DNA of 64,000 bases from Azolla caroliniana (GCA_043228905.1 JBHGNT010000011.1:8308001-8372000), one strand, 5' to 3'. Counted from the stretch's first letter, positions 12,273 through 25,590 are shown. Numbers and translations: made by a program. Notes: a model not told the origin generated them from the sequence alone.

Positions 12273-15200
12273 CTACCTCCGGTCGGTTTTCGCTCTCGTC
12301 CGACTTGGTTGTCTCCAACTTGTCTTCAGTCTTCTCGCCCTCGATGGCGTCATCTCCCCCATGCGTGGTTGGCTTCGGCTGCTCCCCTTTTGTCCGCTTT
12401 CGGACTTTTCCGCGGGTTCGCCCTCGGTTTCTTCAACCGATCCGAAGTCGAACTTGTCAACCGACTCGGTGTCGCGGTCTTCACTCCTTTCCTGCTGCCT
12501 TGCTTGGTCGTTCGGGACTGTTCTCCCCCTCAAGTTCGGCACATCGAGGTGACGCAACCCGAGCGCACTTGAGAATTGCCGCCACTTGTCCAGACCAAGA
12601 GGCTTTGTGAAGATATCGGCAGTCTGCCAATCCATCAGCACGTATTGAAGTTTGACTTCACTGGAAAGGACACGCTCGCGGACGAAATGGTAGTGCACCT
12701 CAATGTGCTTCGTCCGTGCGTGGAAAATAGGGTTCTTCGTGAGCTGGATGCTGCAGAGGTTGTCGCAGTAGATCGTCGTCGTATCTGACACCTCCGCTTG
12801 CAGGTCCTTAAGTAGCCGCTTCAACCATATGGCTTCGCATGTCGCGACAGCCGCTCCTCGGTACTCAGCTTCGGTGCTCGACAGTGTAAGTGTCGGCTGC
12901 TTCTTATTGCTCCATGCGATCGCGGCACTCCCGAGGGAGAACGCGTATCCGGACGTGCATCGGCGATCGGCGGCGTTGCCAGCCCAATCAGCATCGGTGT
13001 AGCCGACTAACTGCGCGGCTGCACCGGTCCGATATAGCAGTCCGCGGTCCTTAGTGCCACTTACGTACCGCAATACGCGTTGTGCACACTGAAGGTGCTC
13101 TTTGGTAGGTCGCGCCATGAACTGACTGATCACCCCGACCGGATAACTGAGGTCGGGTCGGGTGATGGTCAAGTATATGAGGCTTCCGAAAATTTGTCGG
13201 AACCTCGTCGGGTCGCATACCGTTCCTGTATCGGGGCGAAGCTTGACAGTTCTTTCCGCAGGAGTCGAGACTGACTTACAGTCGGCCATCCCGAATTTGA
13301 AGAGCGTACTCAACACGTAGTGACGTTGGCTGATCAATATGCCTTCGGGGGTATGGATCACTTCGATCCCGAGGAAGTAATGAAGGTCCCCCAGATCCTT
13401 CATGTCGAACGATGCCGCAAGTTGGAGCTTCACGAGGTCGATTTCACGTAGGTCGGCGCCGGTGATGACCAAGTCATCAACATATAATAAAATACTAACC
13501 AGTCTGAGTTGACCTTTCCGGATGAACAGGGAAGAGTCCGATTTTGACGTGACGAAGCCCATCTGACGCAGTTGTTGCGTGATCTTCGCGTTCCAGGCAC
13601 GCGGGGCTTGCTTCAGTCCGTAAAGGGACTTCTTCAGTCGGCATACTGCCGAGGAGTTCGTTCTAGAGTGAAATCTGGGGGGTTGTACCATGTACACCTG
13701 TTCCTCAAGTTCACCTTGCAGGAACGCATTCTTTACATCCATCTGATGTAAGTGCCACCCCTTCGCCGCAGCTACTGCGAGCAAAAACACGGACGGTCGT
13801 CATTTTCGCGACTGGCGCAAACGTCTCATCGTAGTCGATGCCGTGTTTCTGCGCGTAGCCCTTTGCCACTAGCCGAGCCTTGTACCGGTTAACGGAGCCA
13901 TCGGTGTTGTACTTGACCTTGTACACCCACCTACACCCGATCGGTTTTACCCCTGTTGGTGCGTCAACCAGGTCCCAGGTCTCGTTCTCCGCCAATGGGT
14001 GCATCTCTTCCTCCATCGCGGCACGCCAATTCACGTCTTTGGCTGCTTCTGCGTAGCTCTCCGGCTCACGCACTTCCGCTACACGGGTCATGTACGCATA
14101 ATGATGCGCCATGTACTTGTTGTATCCGAACCGCAAAACAGGATTCTTTTGGCGGGTAGATCGGCGTAACCTCGCATTAGCCGATGTCGAGGCCTTCTCG
14201 GTCGACACGAACTTCACCTTTAAAGACCCATCACCGGTCCCCTCGGAGTCAGAATCGCGTCGGTCAGACTCGTTCTTATCCGTGCCGGAATCCGACACCT
14301 TCTTCTTCCCTTTCTCTTTGCGTGTAAGCGGTCTCCTCGGCTTCCTGCGCGGGGAATGTACGGCCGAGTCTCCAGTACTCGCCGACTCTTTATCGGACTA
14401 GTCGTACCGACTCAGCCGTCCAATCGGTCCACTTAACTGGAGTGAAATCGGACTCTCTTCGGGGGTCTCGATTTCGGGCTCATCCGGAGGCATCTCGGCC
14501 TCGCTGACCTCATCGTCAGAGCTCGGATTGGAGTCGGGGTTCGGAGTCGGGGGCAGGTACCAGGACGCGGACTCGTCAAACACAACGTCGCGGCTGACAC
14601 GTGCTTGTTTGGTGCGAGGGTTATAGCACTTATAACCCTTCTGCTCGTCCGAGTAATCAACTAAGATGCATTTTTCGGCCTTTGTGTCCAGCTTCCTCCT
14701 TTTCTCCTTCGGTATATGCACATACGCAATGCTACCGAACACCCTCAAGTGTCTTAAGTTCGGCTTCGTTCCGAAGTATAGCTCGTGCGCCGACACCTTG
14801 TCTCTGATCCGGTTCTGGATATATACCGCGGTCCTTACCGGCTCGGCCTAGTAGAACTTGGGCAAGCTCTTCTCCTCCAGCATTGCCCGTGCCGCTTCCA
14901 CAACTGACCGATTCTTTCTCTCAGCCACGCCATGCTGCTCCGGCGTGTATCTACAACTAAATTCGCGGCGAATTCCCATTTGTTGTAGGTAACCGTTGAA
15001 TTGACCAGAAAAGTACTCTTTCCCGCCATCCGACCGCAGGCACTTGATCTTTCGTTCCGTTTCCATTTCCACGAACCCTTTGAGGTCCCGGAAATAGTCG
15101 AAGACTTCACTCTTCCTCTCAATGAGGTAGATCCAGGTGTGCCGCGTGTGGTCGTCGATGAAGGAGACGAAATATCGGCTCCCGCCAAGACTAACGTTTT

Positions 15201-16835
15201 GTGCCGGCCCCCATACATCGGAGTGTATAAGGTCGAGCTTGTTCCGGCTCCGGTTTCGTTCGTTTGGGAAAGTCGGTGTTGCTTCCCGAGCTGGTAGGCT
15301 TCACAAATTTGTGCCTTTCGGCCACTAAATTTGGGCAATCCGAACAATACCTGTTTCGATTGCAGATCTTGAAGCCGTTGGTGGTTGACGTGGCCTATCC
15401 GCTTGTGCCACAAGTCGATGTCCGACTCGGTTTTTTGTCCCTTCGCGAACATTGCGGTGCCGCCGTCAGTGGAGTCGAGGATGAACATCCTCCCGTCTCT
15501 GCGCCCTTGCGCAATCACACGGCCTTCTTCCTGAATGAAGCACCCGAGGTGAGTAAACCGAACCTCCATCCCTTGGTCGACGATTTGTCCGACCGAGGCC
15601 AAGTTTTTCGTGATCGTCGGAACGTGCAGCACGTTCATGAGTTTCCCTTTCTGCCTGACATGGCTAAGGGGAACTTCTCCGACATTCGCGATCGGATGCG
15701 GAGTGTCGTCTCCTGTTGCGACTACTCCAGGTTGTATCGGTTTTTCAAGGTACGAGAACCACTCCTTATGGCTCGTCATGTGGTTTGACGCGCCGGAGTC
15801 TACGTACCACACCTCGTCCGATCTCGGGGTGCTCTGTTTCAATGAGTTTTCTTCATGTCTCGTCACGAAGGCAGACCCTTCTCCGGCTCTCCCGGAGTCT
15901 TCGGCGTAGTGCGATCGCTGCCGATTTCCCTTGTCGGTATGTCTGGAGCCGTTTCCGAAACCGGTTCTCTCCGAATCGGCGCGCTTCTTCCAGCACTCAC
16001 TTTCCCTGTGGCCTTTCTTACCACAGTACCAGCACTCCCCGAAGGCCTTCCCTTGCCGGTTCTCACCACTTCGACTCCCCCTGTTTCCAGAGGGTCCAGA
16101 GTTACTGTCAGCATCAGTTTGGTTCCTTCTTCCTTGATCTCGTCAGCCGCCTCCATTGCGCGCCGACTCGCCTCGTCCTCCACGTCCATGGGGCCTATCT
16201 CCCTCCGTGTATAGCATTCTGTTGTCGGTGTGCGTGCTTGTAGACGCACCCGCGTGGTTCTCCTCTACTAGGAGCATTGACTGTAAGTCCAAAAAGGACG
16301 GCGTATTCTCCCGGGTACACACAAACGTTTGGAACGCTCCGAACTTCGACGCCAAACCTCTGAGACAGATCTGGACCATCTCGCTCTCCTCGATGTTCAC
16401 CTCTTTGGAGGCGAGGGAGTCGCAGATATCCTTGATCTTCGAGGTATAGTCCGCCACTAACAAGTCGCGTTGTCGTAGGTTGCTCAACTCCTGTCAGAGC
16501 TGAAGCTTCCTGGCTGTGGTGCTCATGGAGAAAATCTTCTTCAGATTTTCCCACGCACCCTTCGGCGTCTTTGCATCCCGAACATAGCTCAATAGTTGTT
16601 CGCCCACACATGACGCGAAGCAGTATAATACCCTGCTCGCCGATTGCTCCCATGACGGGAAGTCTCTGTGTGTCGATTCGGGTGCCGCGTCATTAGCTCC
16701 TTCGACATAACTCCAGTAGTCGTGCCCGAGCAGGTACTGGTGCATCTTGTAGGACCAAGACGCGTAGTTGGTTCTGTCAAGCTTCTCTGTTGGAAGCGAG
16801 CTCGCCATGCCTCTACCATCGTTCTTCTTCGTCAA
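12273..16835 (-). pseudogene. gag-pol: copia 1 gag-pol (several stops and frameshifts)
   Basis: [87 protein letters not shown]. Confidence 0.95.
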
Positions 16836-16869
16836 GCTGTGTCGGCTGCAGAGAGGTTCTCAACCCTCG

Positions 16870-16882
16870 CGCTCTAATACCA
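16870..16882 (-). promoter_or_regulatory. Primer binding site (tRNA-iMet) of copia 1
   Basis: TGGTATTAGAGCG directly after the 5' LTR; one mismatch to TGGTATCAGAGC. Confidence 0.85.
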
Positions 16883-17286
16883 TGTAAAAATTAACGTGCG
16901 GAAGCAAGTATGAAGACGGAACAGAAGGAAGAACACTCAGGTTTAATGGAGAGCTTGAGCTTGCACAGTATATGCGGGAGAGACAGAGAGAGTGAGAGAG
17001 AGAAAAACACAAGAACTATATTCCACACAAGATCTCGATTCACTACACTATACATATGTGTGTTCCATGAACACTTTTATACAAGTCCTCGAAGGACTGA
17101 CCGAAGTACTGACCGTACTTCAATGCTCTTTAAGAGCTCCTACACTAACTCCCAAATATATTCCTCACGGAATATCTTTCCTAACGGCCTCCCGGTTTAC
17201 GCACTCGGCCTAACCGATCGGTCCCAACCGATCCGGTCCTCGGCTTCTTCAGCCGATGCGGCCGATGTTGAGCTTGTCTCTCAACA
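16883..17286 (-). repeat. 5' LTR of copia 1
   Basis: Direct repeat of 11615-12015; followed on the minus strand by the PBS. Confidence 0.95.
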
Positions 17287-19095
17287 AGAAAAGTTAAATT
17301 CCATTTTCTTTAGGTTGGCCCCACACATGATCATATAGATAAGATGTTTAGCACATTTTCCAGACAGTTGTCTCGGCATAATGCTTTCACATTACCAAAA
17401 CTATTTGATGACATTTGCGATGGATATACACCATGCCCAAAAGTGTTACACTTGAAAGAGGCATATGACTTTAAGAGATATATATCAGATGGCGGTGTTG
17501 GGAATGTTAAAGTTCTCGCCCAGTTAAACAAGATAAGCTTCAATGACATTTTTATGACAAAGAAAAATGAAATAAGTGGTTCTATGCTTTTGTATGCTAA
17601 ACAATATTAATCTTCTACAACATGGAAACCTGAAGGTGGTTGCTAGTTATTACTTTGTATGCCGAGTACAATTGTCCATGGAGCCAAACAAATGCCAATT
17701 GAGAAGAAAGGACAGTTACATAGTGACTTGGTATCGGAACAAAACTAATTATGGCTCCAAGCCTTAGAAGAAAAAAGAAAGCATATTGAGGCCACAAAGA
17801 AATATGCCGCACAACAAGACACATCATGGTTGGATATATTATTTAGTGATCAGAAAGGAATTATAGACAATTGTGTATTTGGTGATAATTGGAATTTGGA
17901 AACACCATTAACATGGTCGCTACAACATGATTGTGTAAATAAAACTCCGGAGCAACCAACAAATGCGATTAATGATAGTTTGGTCCATCCACAACAAAGA
18001 GACATTGATGTGGGACCAAGGATGACCAAAGATGCTGAAGCTAGATGGCAAGGCAATTTGCAAGAGCTCGCGGGGGGGATGTTGATTGCAACGCCTACTG
18101 ATGAGAATTTACAGGGCCACCAATTTTGGGTTGGTAAAATTCTAGAAGTGCTAATGCATGAAAAAAAACATGATCAAGTCTATAAAAGTTCATTGGGACA
18201 AAACTAGAAGTGCAAATGCTTTTATGAGTAAGTGCAAATGCCCAACGATAAGGGAAGGGAGGAAGAGGAAGTGAAACATTCGTAACGCCTTGACCCTTGA
18301 TATCTCTAATGTGGATATCATCGTATACGACTTCACGCCTACAAAATCTGGACGATTAAGGAAGTCAACAATAGATATAATCAAAGAATAATTACCAGGT
18401 CTACAAGGTGGCTCAAGTCGAAGGCAAACGAGATCTCCTACATATAATCTAGAGTCAAACCATTTGGTTTATGACAAAGATAATGCATTGATTGGTACAT
18501 CTGAGGATGACGAGGAGGAATCGTAATTGTATATTAGTTATAATAGTGATTCTCCGTAAAGGAGTGATCATGAATGTATTTTTGGCAATTAAGTGTAACT
18601 ACATTCCGCTTGTAACAAATCGAGTAATATAAAAGCTTTTGTTTTGAATTCCTATGATTTCTAAAAAAATGTTTCTTATAAAATAACATTGGTTGTAAAG
18701 TTTGTGATATAAATTCAGAATGTAACTTTTTGAAATTCCTGTTTTTTAATTTATTTATAAATCACGAAAATAGTGGATTTTTAACCTTTTTCATAGTATA
18801 TTTGAACATGTATCATACTGGTATCAATGTGTTTTGTAAAATCATTGAAAAAGTACTAAAATCAATCAAAGTATCCTTATCCTTCCATTTATGCGCAATC
18901 CTTCCACTTGTGAACGCGAACGTGTTTTTACTCAAGTGAACCATGTACAAGTTTAAATAGCTTGCATAATTTTAAGAAAAAGCACTATCATGAAGTCATC
19001 AATCTTGAACATACTCTTAAAATTACACAGTAAATAAGTTACTCAAAACAAGCAATTTAATTCTTCATTGATTAATCTGTTATCAAATTACATAT

Positions 19096-19803
19096 TTATA
19101 ACGTCCCATTGCCAATGTCTTCAGATCTCCTATAAACAACTAAGCTCTTGCTAGTCAGTGGAACTTCTCTACATATATGATTTGCATACCGAGCTCAGTA
19201 CAGAGTCCACAACCATGTAGTTAGTTGGTAGCTCAATGTTTTCACCAAGTAGTGTTCAGGCATTTCAATGGGTAGAATGAGACAACATCTGCGAATGTTG
19301 AAGAAATGCCAAAAATGTTCTGTATCTAGAATCAATGTATTGTTTGCATTAAAATCTAGCCATTGAGTGGCCCAAAAATCAGAAAGTCTTTTGAATCTTG
19401 CAACATCCTTCTGCTCACAATTCTCTTGTATCCATTGACCCTTGAAATGGTGCCGCCACTTCGATAAGAATCTTTCTACACACTTCCACACATCTGTACG
19501 TGGTTTTTCAGTCCAAATAAACAAATCAAAGTATTGCACAACCCACTCTAGAAATTGATTTGTGTCCCTCCTTGGTGTCATATATCGCACACTCATCAGG
19601 ACTTTATAATGCTCCAAGAGGAAGGCTCTTCTTTCGACTTCTAATGATTTAGGTTTCCATTCCTATAACTGAGGCTCTGTTACACCAATTACTAGTAGCA
19701 CATGATCAATTTCGATCAACTCAAGTTCTGTTGGCACAATTGGTATACTTTTCCTCTTCAAACCCCTGATCGACTATGTTGGGCTTGACTTCACATTCTG
19801 GTG
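19096..19803 (-). pseudogene. FCP1/NIF-like (HAD, CTD-phosphatase-like) domain relic, copy 1, truncated at 19803
   Basis: PRRDTNQFLEWVVQYFDLFIWT...FKRLSDFW...NNTLILD resembles the NIF pattern RP..FL......F...IWT...K.L...NT.L.DD. An upstream LIEIDHVLL sits at the position of DxDxT. Confidence 0.55.
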
Positions 19804-20199
19804 GGGTTAAAGCACGCTACGGTGTACCAAAAAAGTACTGTTTTTGGCCCAAAACACCACGTCTACATTTTATACTATTAGTACTAAAAGGTAATAAAAA
19901 TTAATAATTTCAGCAAAAATAAAATTCAAGAGTGACGTGGGAGTAGTAGAGAGTGCGGTAATGATAGAACATGGGGGGAAAGTGATATCAAAAGATTTTA
20001 CCATTTTGGGGGCTATTTCCCCTTAACATTAAATATTTTTCACTTTTCAAAATTTCACCTTTTTCATTTTTGATGCTTTTTCTTCTCATCATTCTTCTTC
20101 CAACCAAGCCTTCTCCTTACTCATATCTGAACCTTATTTCTGAATCGCTCTCCTATCTCTTTTTTGAACCTTATGCATGAATCATAGTCTTAACTCAGA

Positions 20200-21080
20200 T
20201 TTCATGCTTCATCTTTCAATAGTTCACCTAACAACATCGTTGAAGCTTCTTCCATGAATCATAAGATTAGTCTAACTCAGATTTGAAGCTTTTTCCAACA
20301 CCAATCATTTGCACTCAAATTTGAAGCTTCTTCCAACACGAATCTTTGGCACTCAGATTTGAAGCTTTGGCTAACATGAGTCCTCCTATCTCTGATTTGA
20401 AGATTCTTTGATGAACCATATGTGGTTCATTGATCGGGAAACTTCTTCCTCGTGTTCATATTTATTCTCATATTCTCATGTACATTTCTTTCATTTTCTT
20501 TTTTCTTTTCATATTCTCATGTCTAACATGAGTATTCCTATCTTCGATTTGAAGTTTCTTCCATGAATAGTAAGTGGTTCATAGATAGAGGAGATTTTTC
20601 CTTATGTTTATCTTCCTTCTCAACTTCTCATGTTCATCTTTTTTTCATGTATTTTTTTTTATGTTCATCTTTCTCATGTAAATCTTTTTCATGTTCATCT
20701 TTCTTCTCTATTCTCATGTAGATATTTTTCATGATCATCTTTCTTTTCTTATTATCATGTTCATCTTTCTCTTGTAGGTTTTTTTCATGCTCATCTTTCT
20801 TCTCTTATTCTCATGTCCAATATAAGTATTCCAATCTTCGATTTTCAGGTTCGTCTATGAATCATAAGCGGTTCATACATAGAGGAGCTTCTTCCGCATT
20901 TTCATCTAATTTTTCATATTCTCGTGTTCATCTTTCTCTTGTGGATTCTTTTCTTGCTCATCTTTCTTCTCGTATTTTTGTGTTTATCTTTCTCATGTAT
21001 ATTATTTTCATGCACATCATTTTTCTCTTATTCTCATGTTCATCTTTGTCATGTAGATTTTTTGCATGCTCACCATTCTT
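20200..21080 (-). repeat. Degenerate low-complexity repeats, probably a decayed E/K/M-rich coding region
   Basis: Repeated TTTGAAGCTTCTTCC units, three longer units starting ~20371, 20523, 20817, and many TTCTCATG/TTCATCTTT motifs. Confidence 0.5.
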
Positions 21081-22114
21081 TGTATATTTCATCATTTTAA
21101 TATATAACACCATGGTTTTCTTGTATATGATTTTTTTATGTGATTCCTTGTCATATTCAATTTATTTATGTTGCATGTTTATTTTTCTTCCTCCATTTCT
21201 TGCTTTTCATATTTGAAATCATGTAATCATTGGTTATGAAATTATTAATACAACTCTTGTTGATTTATTATGCTTGCATGTCTCATTTGGTAATATTAGT
21301 ATACAACTAATTGTAACCTTGATTGCTTTAATTACTTTCCTTCGTATTCTTTTTTAAGTAATACATATAATTGAAAATGGTAGTCATCAAATAGATTGAC
21401 ATGTCTTGTTTACCAATAGACAATATATAACATGTGTAATGCTAAAAAATAGATCTATTAATCAGTCTTTCATTTCTTTTTAGACGGTGTAAGTTTTCGC
21501 CACAACCCATATTCGGTACAATGAGCTTGATGTGGTAACTATCATATTGTGAAATGGAAACAAATCTAGGGTATGTAGTAGAAAATATAGGGAATACACT
21601 AGTTAGGAAAATATTAAGTAGAGATATAAGGAGACATATGTTACTATGCTTGTCTTTGAGTTTCAAAAGTAACTCTAGGAGTTCATTCCACGTAAATTTA
21701 GGGGTTATGGGCAAAATTCACAGTTCAAGGAATGTTACATAACAAATTAATAATCTACATTTCAGATGATAAAAAGCATTATCCGATTTTTGTTTAACAT
21801 TAATTTGAGCTTGACCATGCAGATTTACTATTCCTTGGTCTTACCATTAATCAACATTAAGTCTGGTCCGATGGTGTAGCCCCACAATTTAAGGCGGAAT
21901 AATACTTCTTTTTTATTGTAAGGTAAATTGATTATTGTACGTTAAGTACACATTGTTCTAAGTCTATTCAACTAATACTTCATAGGCCTTGAACTATTAC
22001 TTTAGTTTCCTATGCTTTCTAATCTTTAATGAAAACTTAGAACTAATTGTATTCAAACTTGTCTACATTACTAATATTAGTTTAGTCTCCTACATTTAGT
22101 GTTGTTTAAAAAAT

Positions 22115-23260
22115 ACTTTTTACTTTTCTTCGAATGTGCATGAGGACTAATAATATTTTTACCCATGTTTCGTATTTTTAAATAATAACTTAGTATTGTC
22201 CTCCAATGTGCATCAATGCTAATTATGTATTTACTGATATTTAGTACTTTTAAATAACAATGTAGTAATGTCCTCCCATGTGCATCAATACTAATTGTAT
22301 ATTTACCTATATTTAGTATTTTTATATAACAACTTAGTACTATCCTCCCATGTGTGTCAGTACTAATTTTCTACTCACTTATGTTTAGTATTTTTAAATA
22401 ACAACTTAGTACTATCCTCCCATGTGAATTAGTACTAATTGTCTATCCACGTGTTTAGTATGGATATAAATAAAAACTTGCTATTGTCCTCCCATGTGAA
22501 TCAGTACTAATTGTCTATTCACGTATGTTTAGTATCTACAAGTAATAACTTAGTACTGTCCTCCCATGTGCATCAGTACTAACTTATAACATAGTACTAT
22601 CCTTAATTTACAACTTAGTACAGTCCTCCCACGTGCACAAGTACTAATTATGTTTTAAGCCATGTAAAATATTCTTAATTTACAACATAGTACTATCCTC
22701 CCACATCTATCAATACTAATTCAATTTTATGCCATGTTAAGTATTCTTAATTTATAAATTAGTACTATCCTCTCACATGAATCAAAACTAATTATGTTTT
22801 AAGCCATGTAAAGTATTCTTAATTTACAACTTGGTACTATCCTCCCATGTGCGCAAGTACTAATTATGTTTTAAGCCATGTAAAATATTGTTAATTGACA
22901 ACATAGTACTATCCTCCCAAGTATATCGGTACTAATTCTATTTTAAGGCATGTTAAGTATTCTTAATTTACAACTTGGCACTTTCCTCTCACATGAATCA
23001 ATACTAATTATGTTTTAAGTCATGTTAAGTATTCTTAATTTACAACTTACTAATGTCCTCCCATGTGCACAAATATTGATTATGGTTTAAGCCATGTAAA
23101 GTATTCTTAATTTACAACTTAGTACTATCCTCCCACATCTATCAGTACTAATTCTGTTTTAAGACATGTTAAGTATTCTTAATATACAACTTAGTAATGT
23201 CCTCCCACGTGAATCAATATTAATTAAGTTTTAATCCATGTTAAATATTGTTTGGCTACT
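22115..23260. repeat. 72-bp tandem array (~15 copies)
   Basis: TTAGTACTATCCTCCCA(C/T) recurs at 22615, 22687, 22759, 22831, 22903, 22975, 23047, 23119, 23191, and with the same period upstream. Confidence 0.9.
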
Positions 23261-23339
23261 AGTGATGTACTAACTTAGTATTGTTAATAATGTTTGTTGG
23301 GTACCTGTGATGCAAAACGCTTAGGTACTTCCCATTGAC

Positions 23340-24195
23340 TAACATTAGGATGCAATGGAAATATTTCAGGTCTGGACATGGAAAGGGAGATCATGATGGG
23401 GCGGAGGTTGTGATCAAGCATGCACTTATAAGCAAGAAAGTGGATAATAAAGGTGCTAAATTACAAAATGCACATGATGTTGTGGAGTGACTGACATGGA
23501 AGATGTGAAATGATGGTAAGCATAAATTGTTTATTGAGATTCGTGCTAATGATTTGGATAGAAGTAAATCATATGGTTGTAAAACCGTGAAAAGGACATG
23601 TAAGATCCATTGTTCTTTAGGGTTTTGTCGCAAGGACACAACACAATTTCTATTTCGTAGTTTATCATGCTTTTGTTCCATGTGTATTATAGGTGAATCT
23701 TGGGATGAATGCACCAATCTATCAGGTGCAGAGTCAGGGAAGTTGCACAAGCTTGAGATTCAACAACAAGATGATATTCAAGAAAACGAACACTCAGAAA
23801 ATATTGTATACTACAACCAATGTACACTTTTATTGGAGATCATTTTGCAGTGCTGAAATCTCCTCAAAATGAAGATTTTGAATGAAGACTACTACATTGT
23901 GGTGTGCAAGGAAGGGAACACAATATTGAAAGAAGTGGCGAGGGATGGTTGGGACAACATGTCCAACGTTGGCGAGTCTATCATTTGTGGCAACTATTAT
24001 GCAAACTTGCCACAATGCAAGAAGACGTATGCATTGTTGCAAGATGCACCCACTACCATAATCTATGATGATGCCATTATCGCAATCAAGTTCACTATGA
24101 CTCAAGCGAAGAACAAAATTAAGGGATACAAAACTATCTACAAGGTTCCCTTGAGATGTACATGAAGACATATTGGGGGAGTTCTCCCTCTTTAA
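23340..24195 (+). pseudogene. Sola2-like transposase, C-terminal relic
   Basis: QWKYFRSGHGKGDHDGAEVVIK (HGKGxxDG motif), followed by TCKIHC...FRSLSCFCSMC. Stops and frameshifts present. Confidence 0.75.
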
Positions 24196-24739
24196 TACTT
24201 AGAATTTTAATTGTTAATACATTGTAGAAACCTTGTAGAATGACCAATGATCTTCAATGTCAGATCTTCGTATGTAACTTCACAAGTTATCCTAATTAGG
24301 GATGACAAATTCATCAATATATATCCTCTTTGGTTTTCATAAAGTGTTTGGTGCTTATATAGTGTTATATTTTTCTAGTAATATATTATCCTCTTTGGTT
24401 ATCGCAATCAAGTTCACTATGACTCAAAAAAAGTACAAGGTTAAGGGAAGTAAATTGGTTACAAGGTCCCTCAAGAGGTACATGATGTCATAAACATCTT
24501 TGGAGTGTAATGGACTCAACATTCATCTTCTCATAAAACATCATATTCATACTTATAGAGAGAACAAAAACAATGTCAGACATATCAATTTGGTACATAA
24601 TAAGCATAAAAAAGATATATCATTTCGATATGACAATAACAAGTACAGACCATGACCCATAAAATCTTTGGCACTAGTATTTTCTAGTACTTATAATGCA
24701 TCAAGAACTAATAATCTCCTTCATTGATTTTACATCCTT

Positions 24740-25590
24740 CTACATACTACTGAGTGGCAGTTCATCATCAGAGGCCAATAGGACAACATCAAATGGTTCC
24801 CCTCCTCGGACCGGTGGAACCTCCCTTGAGTTTCCTACTTTATTGTTTATACCAACATGAGATGCACAATCATCCAGAAAGGTGCAGTTGATAGCAATAT
24901 CATCATGTACCTCTTGGGTACCGCTAGATTCCTCGTCCTTCATTTGGTGTGGCTCCTCTTCGTGGGTGGTGGTGGTAATTTTCTAAGACTTATCCGAGCT
25001 GATGTTGTCCACATCTTTCTTAGTACCCATGTACTCCTCTTTGTGGGTGATAATTGTGTTTTTCACACACACATCCAGGATGGAGTTGTCCACATCTTTC
25101 GCAGTACCCATGTGCTCCTCTTCGTGGGTGGTAGTTGTGTTTTTCACTCATTCATCCAGGATGGTGTCATCCATATCTTTCCCAGCACCCAAGCGCTTTT
25201 CTTCATGGGTGGTAGCGATGTTTTTCGCAGATTCATCCAGGATGGTGTTGTCCACATCTTTCTTAGTGCACATGTGTTCCTCTTCGTGGCTGGTAGTTGT
25301 GTTTTTTGCAGACTCATCCCGGATGGTGTTGTCCACATCTTTCTTAGTAACCATGTGCTCCTGCTCGTGGAAAATGCTAGAAACCTCATTCTTTTTATAG
25401 TCGTTTTCCTCTTCTAAATTGAATGTGGTGTTTTCTTCACAATCCTCATGTGTGGTTGCGGTGTTGTCAGAGTCATATTTTGTGCAAGGCATAGTCACGA
25501 TCTCGAAGTCTTCATCTCTACTCCATATAGTGCCTGAATCATCTTCTTGTATTTGTTAATCTCCTCGTTCTTGTCCAACTAAATCTGAAT
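24740..25590 (-). pseudogene. Acidic ORF relic with 81-bp (27-aa) tandem repeats
   Basis: About 5.5 copies of HEEEHMxTKKDVDNxILDESxKNTTTT (24950-25370). Possible splice acceptor at ~25586. Confidence 0.6.

Larger units (their letters stand above)
11615..17286 (-). mobile_element. Full-length Ty1/copia LTR retrotransposon 1
   Basis: Two ~400-bp LTRs with TG...CA ends, perfect 5-bp TSD AGAAA (11610-11614, 17287-17291), PBS, PPT and gag-PR-INT-RT-RH order. Confidence 0.97.
10325..18559 (+). pseudogene. Sola1/DUF7869-like DDD transposase, copy 1 (split by copia at 11615-17286)
   Basis: CSIC motif, MIDGMDQKKTCLP, LYIQLDNTARENKN (~11520-11560), then ..GPTHDHIDKMFS after the copia. These are motifs typical of DUF7869/Sola1 transposases. 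Confidence 0.75.
9523..18933 (+). mobile_element. Sola1/DUF7869-like DNA transposon, copy 1 (5' end lost, interrupted by copia 1)
   Basis: Transposase relic plus putative 3' terminus ...CTTCCACTTGTGAACGCGAACGTGTTTTTACTC. Collinear with 33870-37313. Confidence 0.65.

Noticed and set aside
18730-18939. Recurrent small ORFs ending LPLVNANVF (also 25639-25821 and 37110-37319)
   Set aside because: Translations of the conserved non-coding terminal motif, not a peptide family.
20731-21216. Hydrophobic 161-aa membrane-protein-like ORF
   Set aside because: Artefact of T/C-rich low-complexity repeats.
22115-23260. CRISPR-like regular spacing of the 72-bp array (and the 84-bp array at 28850-29720)
   Set aside because: Whole units are homologous, so there are no unique spacers. 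No cas genes, and the context is eukaryotic.
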